From Octopus vulgaris (taxonomy: Eukaryota), in the NCBI GenBank assembly GCA_951406725.2, contig OX597817.1, positions 77,810,001 to 77,874,000 on the forward strand: a DNA stretch of 64,000 bases. The letters run 5' to 3'. This document shows positions 1 through 11,663 of the stretch, piece after piece. Positions within the stretch are counted from its first letter, which is position 1, and each line of letters opens with the position of its first letter. The notes under the pieces were generated by a model, which searched no databases, was not told the DNA's origin, and saw only the letters and a list, made by a program, of their open reading frames with translations. The position numbers and the translations under genes are program-made.

Positions 1-422
1 GTATTTTGTCAGTCTTTGTGTTCTGAGTTCAAATTCTGCCAAAGTCAACATTGCTTTTCATCCTTTTGAGTTTGATAAAATAAGTACCAGCTGCATACTA
101 GGGTTGACTTAACCCTTACTCTGAAACTGCTGACCTGTGCCAAACTTTGAGATCATCATCATCATTATTATTATTTCTCTTTATCACAAGTTTGGTTGGA
201 GCTTCTGGAGTCTTACATGTGTATATTATTATTAGCTGACCGCCAACACTTTTTCTGCAAAATAGGGGTAGCTTATCCTGTTCAGGCTATATTATTAGGA
301 TTATCCTGTATTTGAGAATTTAAAATCACTTCTTTAACTTTCTAAGACATCTCAATGCTTCTAAAGCAAATTTCATTTGTTTGTTTACATTCATCGTAAT
401 TTGAATTTATTATTATTATTAC

Positions 423-479
<57 letters not shown>

Positions 480-483
<4 letters not shown>

Positions 484-660
484 GACATCGCACAGTATAC
501 AACATCGTGAGGGTGTTGATTGACAATATTGTGTCTACCAGGATTTGTACTGTTTGTCAAGTCACAAGGACCTCAGACAGACAGTACTTTACGCAATATG
601 TGTGTAGTTCCAGTTTAGTAATGCCTAAGGTTTACAAATGTTTTTTCAGATTGGGTGTTG
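480..660 (-). mobile_element. Short 3'-end fragment of a second R4/Dong family
   Basis: Similar to 1950-2100 (gtcaagtcacaa..ggacctcagacagacagtactt); flanked by TTA repeats. Confidence 0.65.
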
Positions 661-678
661 TTATTATCATTATCATCA

Positions 679-710
<32 letters not shown>

Positions 711-713
<3 letters not shown>

Positions 714-1856
714 TAGTTTTATTTTTATAGCGTGCTTTCACTTCACTACCGAGCGCAGCTCTGTGTGCCTTGGGTATGTGCTGTGATTTGTTGTGATGCT
801 CTGATGGTTATTGTATGGAAAGTGTTCTGCGTAGGATGTGTGCAGTGCCTAGTAGTGCAATTTTCTGTATGTTATATGTGTTTGTAAGTCCTGGTGTTTT
901 TGTTATGTATTTGTCTGAATATTTTTTTATCATGCCTAATGCACCTACTATGATAGGAATTGTTTCTGTTTTCAGTTCTTTGATTATTTTATTTTTTATA
1001 TTATCATAATCATTAGGCTCCCCTTCATTGTTTACATCGTGTTTGTTGGGAATGTTGCGTTTTTCTTCGTGTTTTACAGTTTCAGTGTTTATATTATTGG
1101 GCATTGTTGTGTGGCTTCTATCTACATTTTCCTGGTGTATGTTTTCTTTTAGGTGTTCTATTTCTATTTCTGATATTTTTTTTTGTGTTGAGAATGTATC
1201 TTCGTACGTTAGCTAATTTATTAGGGTTCATTGCTGTATCCAAGTCTATATCTCTATTATTTTCCTTCCATATTTTATATGTATGTGTTGTTGTATTTTC
1301 ATTTTTTGGGTAGAGTACTGCTGTGAAGTATGCGTGTAAGATAGAAATGTATTCCTCACGTGTCCATTTATGTCTTTTGGGTTTTATTTGCGGGACATGA
1401 GGTACAACGTCCGGCCCATTATTTTGACGGTCGTCATTTTCGTAGGGTACCGGTCCGTTTATTTCTGTTGTCACATTATTTCGCACGTGTAGTTTTTCGT
1501 ACATTTTTTGTTTTAAGTTTAATGTACGTACCGCTCGATTGTTATTCTTGGGTTGAATAGTATCGGTGGCATTTAATTTCTTCGTAGTTCCTTTGTACAT
1601 GGTGTTTGGGGTCGAGGATGATCGTGATGTTTCACGCATGTTTACATGTGTTGCGTTAGAGGTGGAGATGATATCGAGTCAAAATACATCATTTCGTTTC
1701 GAAAATAGTAATAAATTTCAATTAGTATTACTTACTCGGATATAGTCCAATTCTTTGTTAGTAAAACTTTGGCTCCATAGGATGTCCTTGTTTTCGATGT
1801 ATGTGGATAGGTTTCGGAGCTCTGAATTTTCCTTCTTACATCTTAAACGTTCCCCT
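711..1856 (-). mobile_element. Internally deleted R4/Dong-clade (RLE) non-LTR retrotransposon in a (TAA)n tract
   Basis: N-terminal KRHKWTREEYISILHAYF segment (ORF 1118-1639) joined to RLE C-terminus LKTETIPIIVGALGMI...IQKIALLGTAHILRRTL (ORF 808-1104). A ~100-bp 3' UTR ends in (TAA)n at 660-710. The 5' boundary is approximate. Confidence 0.8.
808..1639 (-). pseudogene. Dong/R4 ORF remnant: N-terminus fused to RLE tail, one frameshift in a T9 homopolymer (1176-1184)
   Basis: Removing one base from the homopolymer joins the two ORFs into a single 276-aa frame. RT and zinc knuckle are absent. Confidence 0.7.
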
Positions 1857-1949
1857 ATTAATATTATTTGTCTTTATCACAGGTTTCGTTGGCACTCCTG
1901 GAGTCTTACATGTGTATGTTATTATTATTATTATTATTCTTATTATTAT

Positions 1950-2375
1950 AGACATTGCATAATATACTTTATTGTGAGGTTGTTGATTGAAGATAATGTA
2001 TCTACTGGGGGTTTGTACTGTCTGTCAAGTCACAACAAGGACCTCAGACAGACAGTACTTAACGCAATATGCATGCAGTAATGTCGACTTTTGCAATACA
2101 CATAGATTGTAGGGTATTTCTAAAGTTTTCAGATGTTTTTTTTTCACATTGGGTAGTATTGAACCCAATGCTCTGATGACAATAGGGATAACTCTTATGT
2201 TTGACTCATGGAGCTGCCCCATCTTAGCAATCTCAATTCTCAGGTCTCCCCATTTATCAACCTTTTCTCTTTCTTTCATGATGATATGTTGATCTCCTGG
2301 CACTGCCATGTCAATTATTAGGCACCCTTGTTTGTCCTTCCTAAAGGTTACTATATCCAGCCTTTGGTGCTCATT
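1950..2375 (-). mobile_element. 5'-truncated R4/Dong 3' fragment (RLE domain)
   Basis: RLDIV..DMAVPGD..KEREKVDKWGDLRIEIAKM..VIPIVIRALGSI..LQKSTLL; ends in a TAA repeat at about 1920-1950. Confidence 0.8.
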
Positions 2376-2559
2376 ATTATTTCTCTGCTGTGGTCAATTT
2401 TGCTTTACATCCCTTAGTGGTTGATATACAGGTATCAGTCAAGTACTAGGGTCCAGCTAATTGACTTACACCCCCCCTCCAAAACCTGCAGGCCCTATGC
2501 CAGAATCTGAAACCCTTATTATTATTATTTTTATTATTATTATTACTATTATTATCATT

Positions 2560-2740
2560 GCCTTTGCACAGCTTCTAATACTGGAGATCTACTACCATGT
2601 CAGCCGTTTACTACTTGTTAACTAAGGTAACACCTCTTATTTTTCGAGCACCTTCCGGAGTATTCGAGTGGTTCCAAGCAGTGTTATTTTCTGCATGTGC
2701 TCCACCCTTATTGCAGCCCTATTTGTTTCATGAACTACTA
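2560..2740 (-). mobile_element. R4/Dong extreme 3' fragment
   Basis: HMQKITLLGTTRILRKVLE* plus a short UTR abutting TAA repeats. Confidence 0.7.
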
Positions 2741-2754
2741 CTTTTATTATTATT

Positions 2755-3040
2755 ATTACTTCCACCTTAGCGAAGGCAGAGGTATTGTTTTCAGTCATGC
2801 TTGTTTGTTTGTCCATGGACAAGATATCTCAAGAACCGCTTTCAAGGATAAGATTTTGAGATCGATCTGGTACCGGACAAGGGTTTTTTTTTGTGAGCGG
2901 TCAGGTTCATCTTTAGTATTCTTGCTTGTGAGAGCAGTCGAATTTATTTCAGATATTCCCATTTTAAAAATCATCTCTGGTTAATCTTTGAGAGGACATT
3001 GGTGTTGCCTTGGTGAAGGTTTGCACTCTCTGAGTGCTTT
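2755..3040 (+). mobile_element. Helentron-associated (HINE/DINE-1-like) non-autonomous element
   Basis: 5' subTIR/hairpin tacttccacc..ggcagaggta, then (GTTT)n, 3' subTIR ggtgaaggt and terminal hairpin gcactc-tct-gagtgc before TT. A second copy lies at 44605-44953. Confidence 0.6.
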
Positions 3041-3051
3041 TGTTATTATCA

Positions 3052-3082
<31 letters not shown>

Positions 3083-3116
3083 AATTATTATTATTATTAT
3101 TATTATTATCATTATT

Positions 3117-3848
3117 AAGTTGGCGAGCTGGCAAAATTGTTAGCATTCCAGGTGAAATGCTTAACAGTATTTCATCCCTCGTTGCATGCTCAGTTCAAAT
3201 TCTGCCAGTGTCAGCTTTGCATTTCATCCTTTCAGGGTTAATAAATTTAGTACCAGTGAAACACTGGGGTCAATGTAATTAACTAATCACTTACCCTCGA
3301 ATTCCAAGCCTTGTGCCTTTAGTAGAAGGGTTCATCATTATTTTTTTCTACCCTAGGCACAAGGCTCGAAATTTCGGGGCAGGGGGCCAGTCGATTAGAT
3401 CGACCCCAGTATGCAAATGGTACTTAATTTATCGACTCCGAAAGGATGAAAAGCAAAGTCAACCTCGGTGGAATTTGAACTCAGAAAGTAAAGACAGACA
3501 AAATATCACTAAGCATTTCGCCTAGCATGCTAACGCTACTGCCAGCTTGCCACCTTAAATTTGGATCATTATTATTATTATTATCATCATCATCATCACC
3601 ATCATCATCATCATTATTGCTATTATTGCTAAGGTGGCAAGCTGGCAGAATTGTTAGTGCACTGGGTGAAATGCTGCCAAGCATTTCATCTGCTGCTACA
3701 TTCCAAGTTCAAATTCTGTTGAAGTCACCTTTGCCTTTCATTCTTTTGGGGTCAATGAAATAAGTACCTGTTGTGTACTGGGGTTGATGTAATCAACTAT
3801 GCATCTTCCCCCAAATTTCAGGCCTTGTGTTTATAGTAGAAAGGGTCA
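3117..3848. mobile_element. Three tRNA-derived SINE family B copies in +/-/+ orientation (3117-3330, 3345-3558, 3630-3848)
   Basis: Head ggcgagctggcagaa..gttagca..gagttcaaattc; body gcctttcatcctttcggggtcgataaa..aagtaccag. Other copies at about 1-150, 2380-2515, 9810-10337 (x3), 10705-10910, 11030-11243, 11715-11945, 36050-36720 (x3), 46663-47112 (x2), 48845-48997. Confidence 0.85.
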
Positions 3849-4271
3849 TTATTATTATTATTCTTTGACGGTCATGGCACGCAGTAAGACTGAACCTAAA
3901 GCCAAGTAGTTGATAAGCTAACTTTTTAAGCATACAGCACTGCATGAGCTTCACAGCCTGCTAAACAAAACAGAAAAAAGTGAACAGTCAGAAAAAGAAG
4001 GAGGACAATCATGAACAGCAAACAAAATGGTTGATGAAGAGCAATCTGGTTTGAAACACCAATGATATCCCTCTTCAGAACAACAATGGAAACTGTAATG
4101 AGCATGACGAGCTGCAATTGTGAGCCTTCCTTGTGTAATGAGGTTGTCATTAACATAATAGCACGTTATTGGTGCAGGGGTTGTCTGGATATGCAAATGA
4201 CCAAACAATAGAATTAAAATATAGCAAATATGTTAAATATAGAATTAAAATGTTACAAATATGTTAAAATG

Positions 4272-4680
4272 TAGGTGCAGGAGTGGCTGTGTGGTAAGTA
4301 GCTTGCTTGCCAACCACATGGTTCCAGGTTCAGTCCCATTGCATGGCACCTTGGGCAAGTGTCTTCTACTATAGCCTTGGACCGATCAAAGCCTTGTGAG
4401 TGGATTTGGTAGACGGAAATTGAAAAGAAGCCCGTCATATATATGTATATATATCTATATGTGTCTGTGTGTCTGTATTTGTCCCCCCTAGCATTGCTTG
4501 ATAACTGATGCTGGTGTGTTCATGTCCCCGTTACTTAGCGGTTCGGCAAAAGAGACCGATAGAATAAGTACTGGGCTTACAAAAGAATAAGTCCTGGGGT
4601 CGAGTTGCTCGATTAAAGGTGGTGCTCCAGCATGGCCACAGTCAAATGACTGAAACAAGTAAAAGAGAGTAAAAGAAAGA
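4272..4680 (+). mobile_element. tRNA-derived SINE family A (internal TA/TG microsatellite), representative full copy
   Basis: A-box-like gtggctgtgtggtaag, B-box-like ggttcagtccc, ccttgggcaag core, tail aatgactgaaacaagtaaaagag. Further copies at about 9095-9560(-), 11284-11715(+), 15085-15510(-), 18300-18980(-), 32093-32495(+), 33543-33935(+), 42843-44520(+), 46215-46640(-), 47830-48775(-), 54510-54980, 55110-55553(-), 58652-59050(+), 60625-61288(-, x2), 63577-63740(+). Confidence 0.9.
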
Positions 4681-4915
4681 GAGTATAGAAACCTAATAAA
4701 AATAACAGACGTTTATTATACGTATGTATGTGGGTGTGTGTGTGTATGTGGGTATAGGTGGTTGTGTGGGATGGTATTTGCTTCTCAGTCACACTGCATG
4801 GCACCTTGGCATGTCTTCTAAATGTCATCCTGAGCTGACCAAAGTGCTTAAAAGCTTTGCAAGTGGATTTGGTAGGTGTAAACTGAAAGAAGCTCATCAA
4901 ATACATACACACATA

Positions 4916-4958
<43 letters not shown>

Positions 4959-5072
4959 TATTGGTAAAAACGGTAATATAACAAAAGAAAAAAAGAGACC
5001 TCAATATTATGTAAATACAGGAAATTATCTATAAAATAATATGTTACAATTACTCAATAGTCAAGATAAAAT

Positions 5073-5845
5073 TCTAAGTTTCAAAGCTGAGTCCACGGAG
5101 AAGAGTTCCAACTAGATGAAATCTCCAAGAGGTTTAAATGCACAAGTCTCCAATATCCAAGTGGCTAAAATGTATCATGGGTAGGGCACCTAGGTGTCAT
5201 GACTTGAATGTGGCCCAGGACTCCCTTAGAAAGTAAAATGTAAAGGGCCAAGATGTATGTATGTATATGTGTGTGTGTGTTTGTCTTTGTGCTTGTGTTT
5301 GTCCCCCCCCCATCACCACTTCAGAATCGGTGTCGGTGTGTTTATGTCCCCATAACTTGGTGGTTTAGCAAAGGAGACGGATAGAATAAGTAGAAGGCTC
5401 AAAAAATGTTCTGGGGTTGATTTCTTTGACTAAAACCCTTCAAGGTGATACTCCAGCTTGGCTGCAATCAAATAACGGAAATAACTAAAAGAATAATGGT
5501 TTTCTAGACATATAAAGTGACATATGGGTGGTGGTCATGACTGTAATATATTTGATCTGACAACACTGCCCATTCAGAAGAAATCTTGGGCCTAAGTAGT
5601 AGAAAACTTACAGGGGAGGTGAACACTTTAGATCTTCATAAAAGAAACCCGCTTCAGGCAAGCGTCTTGGTCCTTTACATTTTACTCTCTAAGGGAGTCC
5701 TGGGCCACATTCAAGTCATGACACCTGGGTATCCTACCCATGATACATTTTAGCCACTTGGATATCGGAGACTTGTGCATTAAAACCTCTTGGAGATTTC
5801 ATCTAGTTGGAACTCTTCTCCGTGGACTCAGCTTTGAAACTTAGA
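5073..5845. repeat. ~183-bp inverted repeat (5073-5255 / 5663-5845) of a PLE-like terminus
   Basis: tctaagtttcaaagctgagtcc...gggccaagatg is mirrored by cgtcttggtcc...ctttgaaacttaga with few mismatches. The spacer contains a SINE A tail. Confidence 0.85.
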
Positions 5846-6174
5846 CTTAAAAGAACAAATAGCGCCAACACCAAAATACCAAGAACATCACCACCAACAC
5901 CACAACCGCCACCGTGACAAACCCCTCCCACAACAACAAACATAGCAGAGTGTCTAATTTGAAAGGAATCAGTACCATTAGAATGAAGGGTAAGTTTAGT
6001 AGAGAAAATGTCGGCTTCAATATGGATGGTTTCGCTTGTTTGCTGTCTTCAAACAAGAAAGGAATTTTCTGTTTTTCATACATGATGAAACGATTCGAAG
6101 ATTTATTCCTTTTTCTTTTTTTATTTGTTTCTTTTCTTTGTTTATAGATATTCCCTTTGATGTTGGTCATCCCC

Positions 6175-6510
6175 ACCACCACCACCACTACCACCGCCAC
6201 CACCACCACTACCACCACCACCACCACTACCACCACCACCACCACTACCACCACTATTACCACCACTGATACTACGCACCCCCATCATCAATATCATTGT
6301 TATTGTTGTTATCATCATCACCACCCTCCCCCTCCTCCTCCTCCTCCTTTTCCTCCTCATCATTATCACCACTGTCATCATCAACAACAACATCACATTG
6401 GCAGCTGTTACTGGATTTGTTGGTGGTGAGAATTCTTTTTAGTATATACATACATACATATATATATTCATATATATATATATATATATGTGTGTGTGAG
6501 TGTGTGTATA

Positions 6511-6545
<35 letters not shown>

Positions 6546-6631
6546 GCATATATATATATGAATATATATGTATATATATGTATAAGTATATACATATATA
6601 TATCTATACATACATATGCATATATGTGTGT

Positions 6632-6662
<31 letters not shown>

Positions 6663-6780
6663 CATGAATTTAAATGCATATATATAAACATATATGCATA
6701 TATGTGTGTATATAAAGATGCATATATATGTGTGTGTGTTTGTGTATGTATGAGTGTGTGTGTGTGTGTGTATGTGTGTG
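6175..6780. repeat. Compound microsatellites (CAC/TAC, CCT, CAT, TA, TG)
   Basis: Directly visible. Representative of dozens of simple-repeat tracts (e.g. 407-481, 31618-31710, 38310-38695, 40680-40980, 54990-55090, 57600-57690, 59976-60082). Confidence 0.95.
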
Positions 6781-6918
6781 CTATCATCATTTAACATCCA
6801 TTTTCATGAACAACTTATCTTAAAGATAGTGTCTTTGAGGCTTTAGTATTGACAATGGTATTTTGGATATGAGGATTAATTAATACTTGATCTTGTATGT
6901 GTATATATATATATATAT

Positions 6919-8447
6919 AGGAGGGTGTGGAAGGAGGGTTTAGAATCGAGGGGCCTTAGAGTCAACCTAGCTAAAACCAAAGTACTAATAAGTAGAAAGG
7001 TAGAAAATCCACAAATATCCTCAGGAAGATGGCCCTGCTCGATCTGTAGAAAAGGTGTAGGTAGAAACTCTATAAGATGTACCCAGTGTAAGCTATGGAC
7101 ACATAAGAGGTGCAGCAATGTCAAAGGTAGGCTAACTGGGAAGATAGTTTTTGTATGTGGCAGGTGCTCTGGAGCATTGAACTCCGAAAATCTACAGAAA
7201 ACAACTTCCGTCACTTTCCGGGGGAAAAACTAGAAGTAGTTGATAGCTTCCGCTATCTAGGTGACCAAGTCAGTAGTGGGGGTGGGTGCGCTGAAAGTGT
7301 AACTGCTAGAATAAGAATAGCCTGGGCAAAGTTTAGAGAGCTTTACCTCTGCTGGTGACTAAAGGCCTCTCGCTCAGAGTAAAAGGCAGACTGTATGATG
7401 CATGTGTACGAACAGCTATGCTACATGGCAGTGAAACATGGGCCGTGACTGCTGAGGACATGCGTAAGCTCGTGAGGAACGAAGCCAGTATACTCCGATG
7501 GATGTGTAATGTCAGTGTACTTACTCGACAGAGCGTTAGTACCTTGAGAGAAATGTTGTACCTAAGAAGCATCAGTTGTTGTGTGCAAGAGAGACGATTG
7601 CGCTGGTATGGTCATGTGGCGAGAATGGATGAAGATAGGTGTGTGAGAAAGTGCCAATCCCTAGCAGTTGAGGGAACCCGTGGAAGAGGTAGACCCAGGA
7701 AAACCTGGGACGAGGTGGTGAAGCACGACCTTCGGACGTTAGGTCTCACCATGGAAATGACTAGAGACCGAGACCTATGGAAGTATGCTGTGCGTGAGAA
7801 GACCCGGCAAGACTAGTGAAGCCATAATCCGTGGCCCCTACCTGGGACGTAGTCAGTCCACCTGTGCATACCTTCCTTCTTGTGACACTTGTGAAGACCT
7901 GTTGAGGCAAGTGAGAATCGAATCAAATCAAATCAAATCAAATCGAACCAAATCAAAATAGATGAACATCAATGGAATTTGTATCCTTGTGGTACCAGTG
8001 CCGGTGGCACATAAGAAAACCATCCGAACGTGACTGTAGCCAGTACCGCAATGACTGGCCTCCGTGCTGAGGGCACGTAACAAACACCATCCGAGCGTGG
8101 CCGTCCGCCAGCCTCGTCTAGCACCTGTGTCGGTGACACATAAGAAAACACCATCCGAGCATGGCCGTCAGCCAGCCTCGTCTGGCACCTGTGTCGGTGG
8201 CACATAAAAAACACCATCCGAGCGTGGCCGTCTGCCAGCCTCGTCTGGCACCTGTGTCGGTGGCACATAAAATCACCCACTACACTCCGGAGTGGTTGGC
8301 GTTAGGAAGGGCATCCAGCTGTAGAAACACTGCCATATCTGACTGGCCTGGTGCAGCCTTCGGGCTTGCCAGACCCCAGTTGAACCGTCCAACCCATGCT
8401 AGCATGGAAAGCGGACGTTAAACGATGATGATGATGATGATGATGAT
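6919..8447 (+). mobile_element. 5'-truncated RTE-clade LINE: RT C-terminus with PHD-like Cys cluster, 3' UTR tandem repeats and (GAT)n tail
   Basis: WKEGLESRGLRVNLAKTKVL, CSIC..CTQC..HKRC..CGRC, LEVVDSFRYLGD, KGRLYDACVRTAMLHGSETW, RRLRWYGHVARM, GRGRPRKTW. Two frameshifts (~7222, ~7343); stop at 7816; ends ggaaagcggacgttaaac(gat)n. Confidence 0.92.
8086..8271 (+). repeat. Three 63-64-bp GC-rich tandem units in the RTE 3' UTR, with degenerate units from 7997
   Basis: Unit accatccgagcgtggccgtc.gccagcctcgtctggcacctgtgtcggtggcacataa(g)aaaac starts at 8086, 8150 and 8213. Confidence 0.9.
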
Positions 8448-8593
8448 ATTATATATATATATATAAAAACGTAAAACCACCTTTATTTCCTTCCTTGAGC
8501 ATCTGCCAATACTTTACATGTACCACGTCTTCGCATTGTTTTTTTTGTGTGTTTGTTCTTTATTTTGGGGGATTTGCTATATATATATATGAA

Positions 8594-8632
<39 letters not shown>

Positions 8633-8951
8633 CGCTTTGGGATTTGGTTTGCAAGATGCTTTATATGAGTTCGTGTGTTGAAGCATATATATAAAATAAG
8701 AAATTAGTGGAAATTTTACCAGTGAGTGTGTTATATATATATATATATATATATACATATATAAAATATTTTTTCAACTGACATAATGTAATAGGTATAC
8801 ACTATGATTGCTCGGTTTGGTTTACCATTAAAACTCTGACTTGAAGAACAACATTTATCGTTTAACAATGACTCAGAGAAGACAAAACTCAGCACAAAAT
8901 AACAAAATGCAAACATCATGGGCATTCTGTATACCATCAACATTGAACATA

Positions 8952-9359
8952 TATGAGAGGCTGCTGAAAAGTTCCTGGCTTTAAGGGGATTGTGGAAGAC
9001 CTGTTTCGAGGCTCCACTTTCTAAGTTCTTTTACAGGGCTTAGGAAAACTGAAGGACTGCTGCAATAAGAGTGTGAATCTGAGAGGTGAGTATTCTTTTA
9101 TTTTTTTTTACTTGTTTCAGTCATTTGACTGCGGCCATGCTGGAGCACCACCTTAAAGGGATTTTTATTTGAAGGAATCAACCTCTGGACTCGTTCTTTG
9201 TAAGCCTACTACTTATTTTATTGGTGTCTTTTGCTGAACTGCAAAAAATAGACATGTATATAAGCATACCAACACCAGTTGTCAAGCAACGGTGGGGTGA
9301 CAAACACAGACACAAAGTCACACACATATATATATATATATATATACATACATACATAC

Positions 9360-9406
<47 letters not shown>

Positions 9407-9614
9407 CATGATGGGTTTCTTTCAGTTTCCATCCATCAAAACCATTTATAACGCTTTGCTCAGCCCAGGGCTATAGTAGAAGAACCTCAATGTGCCACAC
9501 AGTGAGACTGAACCCAGAACCATGTAGTTTGGCAGCACATCTCTTACTACACAGCCACTGATCCTCCTGTATTTTCTATTACCCAAAGCCTGGAATTTTT
9601 CAGCATCCCATCAT
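8952..9614 (+). mobile_element. Mariner-derived MITE interrupted by a SINE A copy (9095-9560)
   Basis: Left half (gctgaaaagttcctggcttt...) at 8952-9090 and right half (ctgatcctcctgtatttt...ttttcagca) at 9558-9614. Confidence 0.75.
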
Positions 9615-9753
9615 AGGTGTGCATTTATACACATGCACACACACCTCGAAATAAATAGACACTTTCATTATGCTGTTTTATCTGTATGGACACTGATCAT
9701 TAATGTGATGCCCAAATGGTTTAAATAATTAAAAACTGCACGAGGCATGTCTA

Positions 9754-10693
9754 TTAACTTTTTAGCATTTAGATTACTTTATCAAATGCAACACTTATTT
9801 ACTCACATTCTGCCAGGGTTGACTTTGCCTCTCATCCTTTCCGGGTTGATAAATTAAGTACCAGTTGCATACTGGGGTTGATCTAATTGACTGGCCCACT
9901 CCCTTAAAATTTGAGGCCTTGTGCCTAGAGTAGAAAAACGTATTTTAAAGGTAGTGAGCTGGCAGAAATGTTAACATGATGGGCAAAATGCTTAGCGGTA
10001 TTTCATCTATCTTTACATTTTGAGTTCAAATTCCGCAAAGGTCGACTTTACCTTTCATCCTTTTGGAGTTGCTAAATTAAGTACCAGTTGCATATTGCGG
10101 TCGATCTAATCGTCTGACTCCCTACCCCAAAATTTTGGGCCTTGTGCCAAGTAGAAAAAAATATTTTAAAGGCGGCAAGGTGGCAGAATTGCTCTGAGTT
10201 CAAATTCCTCTGAGGTTAACTTTGCCTTTCATCCTTTCAGGGTCGATAAATTAAGTACCAGTTGTGTACTAGGGTTGATCTAATCAACTGGCTCCCTCTC
10301 CCAAAATTTTCAGGCCTTGTGCCAAGAGTAGAAAAGAACACTTATTTATTCTCATTGATTTTAAATAATTATGCCATATCTTGTAGGTTTGAGATTTGAT
10401 AAAGTGATTACAGTATTCTAACACGTACAAGGAACCCACTAATTTTGGGTCTTAAAATTTGGAAACATGGTTTTGTAAGAGATTATAATACTATCCATGT
10501 ATAAGAAACTCCCATATTTTTTTTTAACCTAATTTTTAACAAAAAAAGGGTTCCTTATACATATTAAAATACAGTATATAGTTTTAGAAGGACACTGTAG
10601 TGTAAGTGTGAGAGGCCAAATCTGGCCAGGTTGAACATAAAATTAGTAGAATATTTTGGCTGGATATGGCAGGCTTAAATACTAATGGGTTAA
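9754..10693. mobile_element. piggyBac-like MITE (TTAA termini) hosting three SINE B copies and a pogo/Tigger-like MITE (10409-10576)
   Basis: Ends ttaactttttagcattt / aaatactaatgggttaa. Inner TIRs tacagtattctaacacgtacaaggaaccc / gggttccttatacatattaaaatacagta. aacacttattta is duplicated at about 9790 and 10337. Confidence 0.6.
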
Positions 10694-11618
10694 AGACTAT
10701 ATTGATTTCAAATTTTAGCATAAGGCCAGTAAGTTTGGAGAGGGGGTGGTGCATCGATTACATCAACCCCAGCGCTCAACTGGTACTTATTTTACTGACC
10801 CCCGAAAGAATAAAAGGTAAAGTCAACCTTGGTGGAATTTGAACACAGATGAATGAATTGTCACTAAGCATTTTGCCAAGAGTGCTGAAGATTCTACTAG
10901 CTCGCTACTTTAAAAAACAGAAATTGGCCTGCAAGCTGGTACAGGGAATCAAGCCCTGTATTCTCAAATTCTGGTTGGGCATTCTGTACCATTAACCTCT
11001 GTGATCCTTAGGACTCAGATTATAATAATGGTTTCAAATTGTGGCACAAGGCCAGCAAGTTTGAGAAAAATGTTAAGTTGATTACAGTGACCCCAGTACT
11101 CAGCTGGTACCTGTTTTATTGACCTTGAAAGGATGAAAGATAGAGTTGACTTTGGTAGAATTTGAACTCAGAATGTACAGAAGGACAAAATGCTGCTAAG
11201 AATTTTGCCCAGCATGGTAACGATTCTGGCAGCTTGATGCCTGTATTAAAGACCATATTAAGTATCTAAGTGTATCAAATGATAGGCGTGGCTATGTGGT
11301 AAGACGCTTACTTCCCAGCAACATGGTTCTGGGTTCAGTCTCACTGCATGACAACTTAGGCAAGTGTCTTGTATGATAGCCTTGGGCCGACCAAAGCCTT
11401 GTGAATTGATTTGGTAGACAGAAACTGAAAGATGCTTGTCATGTATATATGTATGCATGTGTGTGTATGCGTGCATGTGTGTGAGTGTGTGCCTTTGTTT
11501 GTCTGTGTTTGTCCCCACCACCACTTGATAACTGGTGTTGGTGTGTTTATGTCCCCATAACTTAGCAGTTTGGCAAATGTGACTGATACAATAAGTACCA
11601 GACTTTACAATATATATA

Positions 11619-11663
<45 letters not shown>

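Noticed and set aside
3926-4208. Cys-rich ORF (HCCSEEGYHWCFKPDC) as an exon, and a TTGATGAA..GAAAC hammerhead-like motif at ~4030
   Set aside because: No clear splice donor or recognisable domain; stems I and III of the motif do not form.
4272-4345. tRNA genes at SINE heads
   Set aside because: A/B boxes are present, but there is no intact cloverleaf and the heads continue into SINE bodies in many diverged copies.
8086-8271. Regular repeats with hairpins suggesting a CRISPR array
   Set aside because: The units are contiguous with no unique spacers and there are no cas genes; this is a eukaryotic LINE 3' UTR.
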